A DNA stretch of 64,000 nt from the human T2T-CHM13v2.0 reference genome, Homo sapiens. The notes beneath the pieces are model-generated. The model ran no database searches. It saw only the letters and a program-made list of their open reading frames with translations, and was not told the origin of the DNA. Where the stretch lies: assembly GCF_009914755.1 (NCBI RefSeq), contig NC_060943.1. One strand, written 5' to 3'. Shown piece by piece: positions 57,775-64,000 of this stretch (position 1 is the stretch's first letter; the number at the start of each line of letters is the position of its first letter). The translations under genes and the position numbers were made by a program.

Positions 57775-58157
57775 GTGAATTACTCTGCTGAGCTACCATG
57801 ATAGTGCACTATGGACGGGCTGGTTTAAACAACCAACATTTATTTTCTCACAGTTCTGGAGGCCTGAAGTCCAAGATCCAAGTGTCAGATGTGGGCAGAG
57901 TTGGTTTATTCTGAGGCCTCTCAGCTGGGCTTGCAGACGGCCACCTTCTTGCCCTGCCTTCACCCTCTGTACCTGTTGGTGTCCTAATCTTCTCTTCTTA
58001 TAAGGACATTGACAAATCAGAATAGGACCCACCCTAACGACCTCATCTTAACTGAATTACCTCTTTAAAGATGCAAATACAGTGACATTCTGAGATACTG
58101 GGGGTTAAGACATCAACATATGAATTTTGGGGGGAGGGCACACATCAGCCCATCACA
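57775..58157 (-). mobile_element. MLT1B/C LTR
   Basis: ttctcacagttctggaggcctgaagtccaagat...caacatatgaattttggggg. Confidence 0.88.
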
Positions 58158-58283
58158 AATAGTAACATGAAAAACGTAAGCAGAGGTATGGAAAACTGCT
58201 CTGTCAATTATAAACTATTAGATAAATACAAAAGAACGTCCCCACATTCCCTCCCAGTGCCCACACTAAAGGGTGCATTTTGA

Positions 58284-58530
58284 GCAATGGTTCTCAATCG
58301 TGTGAGTTGTTGTGGTGGTGGGGGGGGAAGTTTTTTAGGGGACACTTGGCAACATTTGGGGACATTTTTGGCATTTCTGGTTGTCACAGGTGGAGGGGGT
58401 TGCTACTGGCACCTAGTGGGTTGAGGCCAGAAATGCTGGTGCTAAACAAGCCACCATGCACAGGACTGCTCTCTGCAACAAAAATTACCCCATCGCAGAT
58501 GTCAATAGTGCCAATGCTGAAAAACCCCAA
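58284..58530 (+). mobile_element. MER20 (hAT-Charlie)
   Basis: caatggttctcaa...tgctactggcacctagtggg...atgtcaatagtgcc. Confidence 0.88.
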
Positions 58531-59046
58531 TCTAGAAGGATCTGCCCCCTTTCCTTTCCTTTTAACCTTCTTCTTCTTCTTTTTAAATCAGTGCTCTCAC
58601 TTTCATGGAATAACCTGCTTCTTGAAGGCAGAAGAGAATGGCGTCTGAAAAGGAAAAGGGAGCAAAGCCTCTTCCAGGAGGCTGCTCCCAGGAGCCGCAG
58701 AGCCTGCTAGCGGAGCTCCTGTGTGACCTGCAAGCCACCACCATGCCCAGGCTGCCTTAGTGCTTCTCCAAGATCATTTCTCTGAAGTTAGCGAATGCTC
58801 CACTTTTCCCTCCACCAGAGTTATGATTGCTTTACTCTTCAGTTTTCTGGAAAGCTCCTCTCAGTGTCCAAAAAGCTAATAATGAAATGGATGCCTGTGA
58901 CCAGGGGTTACCTCCATGAAGGCCTTGGACAGCTGGGGAAATAATTCTGCTCCCTGCATCCAACCACACAAGCATTAGGCCTGCCTCATTTCCCCTCCCC
59001 CCTTCCATTTCATCCTCTGTTACATCTAAATTTAGCCCTCTCCCCA

Positions 59047-59865
59047 GTGACCCAGGGAAAGATCAAAGCTCTCTTTGCATTCCTGCAATCTGGAGAGGAG
59101 GGAGCAGAACAAGTCCTGAGAGTAAATGGGGCAGGAAATGGTAGAAGCAGAGAGGGGGGAGGCACACAGGGATCTCCAGGGGCTGGCCGACCCCAGGGAT
59201 ATCCCTGGAGACCAGAAGGCCCAGGGAATTGAAGGGGAGGTCTTGCTCCTCCATGTTCTAGGTCTCTGGAAGTGTCAGGGGGGTGAATACCTCCTTCCAG
59301 CAGACAGGGCTCTACTCAGCCCACATGGTGAGATCACTGGCTGGGCCCCTTGGCTCAAGCCTCCCACCTCAGGGTCCCTTCACCCCACTTCCCCACTCAG
59401 CAGATTCCCTGGGGCCTCCCTTCCAGTCCTGATGAGGGAGGAGAAACCATTTGTCTTCTGACTAGCAGAAACAGAGCCTCTGTCTCAGGCTGGGTTCCCT
59501 GGGACGGGCTCAGGTGTTGAGTAGCAGGCAGGTTTTTGGGGAGAACCCCCTGTGAGGAATGGAGGAAGGCAACAGGGGCAGAGGGAAAAGCTGACAGCAG
59601 CGCCTCTTGAGTGAGGCCTCGGTTGGTCCCTGGGGCACTCTGGGGTTGGGTGGGGCCTTCAGAGCTGTTCCAAATGGAGGCAAGGGGGCTGGGCCTTTGT
59701 ACCCTATGAGTTCATCCCAGAGAGAGGTGAGCCATGTGCCCTGTTGCAAGCTGGGGCATCCACAGGGGGTCATCTGGGCAGAGCACCTCACTATTGATAC
59801 TAGCCTCTTTGACCAATGCAATGGAGAGTTTTAAACTCAGACAGGTGCTATCCGTTGGCCCTCCT
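59047..59865 (+). mobile_element. Gypsy relic N: RT C-terminus and RNase H
   Basis: DP/KIKALFAF (59049), PVLMREEKPFVF (59423), GTGS/VLS, GENP, EKLTAA, EASVGPWG (~59613), WAEHL (~59775). Confidence 0.55.
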
Positions 59866-60190
59866 CTGGCCATCTCCCCAGATAACAAGTAAGCATCAGA
59901 GGGAAAATGCCCGTTTATGGTTTGACTTTCACTGAGAAATTCACTTTATAATCATATCTTTGAGAAGCAAAGGTTGCACTGGGAAGGGGCCAGGGAGGGC
60001 TGAGTTGGGGCAGGCCTTCCCCGGGCCTCACACGGATGGGAGACTGCAGGCCTGGAGTGCAGGCTTGGAGGGTGGGAGACCACTGTGGGGCAAGTTGGGC
60101 AGGAATGGAATGGCCACAAACCTCCCCAGACTTGAGTCAAATCGCTCTTTTGTGAATTTTGTGGTTCAAATAAGTGTTTTCTGTTTTCGT

Positions 60191-60482
60191 TGTTTTTTTT
60201 TTGAGACGGAGTCTCTCACTGTTGCCCAGGCTGGAGTGCAGCGGTGCGATCTCAGCTCACTACAAGCTCCACCTCCCGGTTCACGCCATTCTCCTGCCTC
60301 AGCCTCCTGAATAGCTGGGACTACAGGTGCCCGCCACCACGCCCAGCTAATTTTCTGTATTTTTAGTAGAGACGGGGTTTCACCATGTTAGCCAGAACGG
60401 TCTGGATCTCCTGACCTCATGATCTGCCCACCTCGGGCTCCCGAAGTGCTGGGATTACAGGCATGAGCCACAGCACCCAGCT
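60191..60482 (-). mobile_element. AluY
   Basis: caagctcc, ttcacgccattctcc and gttagccag diagnostics. Confidence 0.93.
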
Positions 60483-60486
60483 CTGT

Positions 60487-60798
60487 TTTCCTTTTTGTAT
60501 TTTGAGACAAGGTCTTGCTCTGTCACCCAGGCTGGAGTGCAGTGCGATCACGGCTCACTACAGCGGTGACCTCCCAGGCTCAAGCAATCCCCCCTTCTCA
60601 GACTCTCCAGTAGCTGGGACTACAGGCATAGGTGGGACTACAACACCACACTCAGCTAATTTTTAATTTCTATTTTTTGTAGGGATGGGGGTCTCACTCT
60701 GTTTCCCAGCCTGGTCTCAAACTTTTGGGTTCAAGTGCTCCTCCTGCCTTGGCCTCCTGAAGCGCTGGGATGACAGGTGTGAGCCACTGCACCTGGCC
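60487..60798 (-). mobile_element. AluJ
   Basis: caggctcaagcaatcc, acaaggtcttgctctg. Confidence 0.9.
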
Positions 60799-60849
60799 CA
60801 AATAGACATTTTAATGCAAGTCATCGTGAAGTGGAATAAAGATAGTTAA

Positions 60850-61065
60850 CAACTATGGTTAAGAGGCAATGTGTGCTTATCAAATGCCGGGCCCTGCTGT
60901 GAGCAGTTTCTGTGTGTGACACTCATTTATTCTCTCTGTATCCTATAAGGTAGATATGACTGTTAATGTCTTGGTACCTTAACTTCCCACCTATAAAATT
61001 GGCCCAAGCAACTTGTTGGAGCGACTTAACCAAGTAAGCAGTGGAGCTGGGCTTTGGCAGAGGCT
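60850..61065 (-). mobile_element. MIR
   Basis: tatcaaatgccgggccctg...gacttaaccaag...gtggagctgggcttt. Confidence 0.6.
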
Positions 61066-61419
61066 GCCTGTTGTTGGCTCCTGCAGATTGGGCCACTGGG
61101 CGGCCCTCCCTCCCATGCTGAGAACAGGCTGAAGGAGGTCTTTTGACTATGACCCTGGGATTCAAATTTTCAACATCCAAGAGTAGGGACAGGAACCAAT
61201 GTCCTGTTTTGTAAACCAGGAAACAAGCTTAGGGAGTGTCTCACAATTACTACTGGTACAGAGGCCAGATGCCAGGGGCTTTTTACAGAAAATCATGCTG
61301 CCCCATGCTGGGCACTAACATTCATAGGTCCCTTGGACATCTTTGAATGAATGATAAAAATGCAAGTTTCTGTTGCTGTAAAATATTGTTCAGTAATAGT
61401 ATATTATGTATTCATATCA

Positions 61420-61585
61420 TAGAATTCCAAAGTGGGAGAGGGCCTTAGAAAATATTGGTTTCTTCTCTATCCTTGCAGAGTGAGAAACTGAGGCACAGAG
61501 AGGAGAAGTCACTTGCCTAAAGCCACACGGCAGCTAATTACAGAGCCAAGATTAGGTTTCTGGATTTCTGCCTCTTAGTCACAGT
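61420..61585 (-). mobile_element. MIR
   Basis: gagaaactgaggcacagagagg...acttgcctaaagccacac. Confidence 0.8.
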
Positions 61586-62134
61586 CCTATTCGGGAAGCA
61601 AACTGTTTTGGAGGATGGGGAAAGAGGAGGAGATTACTTGGCTATCAGTGAAATTGATCAACAGAGTCAACATTTAATTAAAAAATATATCAAAACCTTT
61701 CTTGATAATGATCGACCTGTTACACTGGCACAATTAAAGTGGTGATTTTATTCACTGAGTTACTGCCAACTCCTATGATTTTTTTTTTGTAATACCCTTG
61801 TGATAATTCAATTGGAAATATGTGGTAAGATGCAGAAATATAATGCCTTTTCTTAGGATAACTCATGCCACAGCCAACCAGGGAGTTGATCTGATGGGTC
61901 CATTGCAGAACTGAGGTCTCCTTGGTGCCATCCTATCTCCAATGGCTCTAGAGGGACACATCAGGGACCTTAGACAGGGCCCATATTTGAACTGGTGAAA
62001 CGCATCCCCATGTGTTCAACAGCACTGAGGCTGCTGCACGTTAGAGGTAATTAGGAATAGGCGCTTTTTAAGATTTAAACGATAACTTTTAAAAATTAAA
62101 TTTTCACTTAAAATTTCATGAGACAGAAGGACAG

Positions 62135-62500
62135 CTACTATGATATAAATGCTTGCATCTCCTCTAAATTCATATGTTAAAATTCTAATCCCCAGTGTGG
62201 TAGTTGTAGGAGGTGACGCTTTTGAGGGGGGTGATTAGGTCATGAAGGTACAGCCCCAATGAATGGGATGAGTGCCCTCACAAGAGGCCCCAGAGAGCTG
62301 CCTTGCCCCTTTCCCCATATGAGGACACAGCCAGGAGGTGCCATCTTTGAATCAGAAAGCAGGCCCCTGCAGACACCAAATCTGCCTGTGCGTTTATGTT
62401 GGACTTCCCAGCCTCCAGGACTGTGAACAATAAATTTCTGTTGTTTATAAGGCACCTGACTTACGGTGTTTTGTAATAGCAGCCTAAAAGGACTAAGATG
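62135..62500 (+). mobile_element. MLT1A-type LTR
   Basis: aaattcatatgttaaaattctaatcccc...ggacttcccagcctccag...aataaatttctgttgtttataag. Confidence 0.9.
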
Positions 62501-62739
62501 ACAACACCCCCACTCCGCCAACTTCCTCATCCCACTCTGAGAATCTTCCAAGGATGGACAGCCTACAGCTCTCCAGGCAGACAAGCTCACAGAACTACTG
62601 GTGGTGGCTGCTTCTATTCTGATGAGCAAAGGCCTAAAGCCATGTGGATCTTGCACTTTGAAAGTGAAATCATGAGCCCTTAATCACTGAAAAACATAAT
62701 TGATTCCCATTTCTCTAGTTAGGTGTCCTGGTACACTAA

Positions 62740-62990
62740 TGCCTCAACACAGTTTGTTGGGGGGTGGATGAGAAAGAATTCCATGATCAATTAAATTTGG
62801 AAAATGCTACATACAATATTGCCTTCTTGGACTCACATACTAAAAGCTCTGGGATGTTCTGAGTCAATGAATCAATTTAATTTTTGGTTCATCATTTTCC
62901 AATTTATCTGACCGCAGAACGCTGTCTTCATGCATACCTATGAAAAACGTGAAGAACCCATTTTCAAAAACTCCTAATTGGGCAGAACTA
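62740..62990. mobile_element. MER3/MER5-like hAT fragment
   Basis: catgatcaattaaatttggaaaatgc...ttttccaatttatctgacc. Confidence 0.45.
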
Positions 62991-63029
62991 GACTGAAACT
63001 GATTATTAATCAAAGGAGGCTTAGGCAAT

Positions 63030-63190
63030 AGAATGAACAATCTGCCAGGGGTCAAAAGACCCGGATTCTGGTCTAGACTCTTTCTTTAATTAGCTGTGTG
63101 ACTTTGGGGAAATCACGTTCTTCTGGGCCTTGGTTTCCTTGCCTATAAAACAAGAGACTGAAATTAGATCATTCCAAAGGCCCCTTACAG
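63030..63190 (+). mobile_element. MIR (MIR3-like)
   Basis: tagctgtgtgactttgggga...ctgggccttggtttcct. Confidence 0.75.
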
Positions 63191-63199
63191 GGGCGATAT

Positions 63200-63640
63200 A
63201 CAATGATTTTTCTGATTTGTGAAGACTCATCTGCTGGTAGGCTGTCTACTCTCTCCTTACCTATCACAGCTCCTGTTGGCACCTGCAGGGCCTGCAGGGT
63301 GGCCTGGAATCTGCTCCAGGCCGGGGGAAGTGCATTATAATCCTTGAGGACATTCGGATAGGATTGTTGTGTGTTCCTGGCCCACCATAGGCTGGTGGCT
63401 GTGCCAGTCAGTCTCTCTCTCTCTCTCAGAACTCTTCCCTCTGTGCAGAATTTCATGGTAAGTATTATGGGATGACGCAGGAGACCTGGACCCTCTACCC
63501 TCTGCCCCTAGGATTGTGAGTGTCGAAGGGGAAATAAGCCAGGTCCACACACAGATGCAAGTGATCACACGCAGCAGTGGGTGTCGACAGGCCAGGTGCT
63601 TAGCGAGATCTTAGAGGAAGCTTCCTCCTCAAGGTCTGGG
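63200..63640 (+). mobile_element. Gypsy RT relic O
   Basis: ITAPVGTCR (63263), GLESAPG...ILEDI (63301-63354), CCVFLAH, IVSVEG (~63513), RDLRGSFL (63604). Confidence 0.55.
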
Positions 63641-64000
63641 TCATTGTAGAGACCTCATGGGGCATGGAGGACTTCACAAAGCCAGAAAGATTTGTTGAAT
63701 TCAGGGGTTCAGGGGCCTGGATAGAAATGAGGATGGTCTCAGTAATGCTAGGACAAAACAATACCAAGTATGGTTAGCGGCTGGTGAGTCTCTCTGCATG
63801 AGCATAAGTAGGCAGAAGGAGTGGGAAATCAGGTGGGGCCGGGGGCTTTAGACAGAAGACAGCAGCCTGTGAATGCCAATGCAATCAGGCTCTAGGGTCA
63901 CACAGGCAGTGGGTATCCATTCTTCAGGAAAAAAGAAAACTACAAAATACTAAACATAATACTAGAAATAGAATAATTCAAACAAATATGATAATAAAGT

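Overview
Primate (human-like) non-coding genomic DNA. No intact protein-coding gene, RNA gene or CRISPR array is supportable. The obvious content is ordinary interspersed repeats: about 13 Alu/FLAM copies, L1PA/L1M pieces, L2, MIR, MLT1/LTR16/MER66 LTRs, hAT DNA transposons (MER1A, MER20, Tip100-type) and microsatellites. There are also several AT-rich blocks dense in homeodomain sites that resemble conserved enhancers. The main observation is that much of the apparently unique DNA between these repeats translates, with stops and frameshifts, into ordered Ty3/Gypsy pol motifs (protease, RT, RNase H, integrase). I read about 16 such relics from ~4.35 kb to ~63.6 kb. One has a near-complete gag-knuckle/PR/RT/RH/IN order (24.8-34.3 kb), and all but one lie on the + strand. 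MIR, L2, L1M, MLT1 and Alu insertions interrupt them, so they are older than those repeats. These calls come from motif reading by eye, the minus strand was scanned less thoroughly, and repeat subfamily names are from recall. A frameshift-aware profile search is needed to confirm them.
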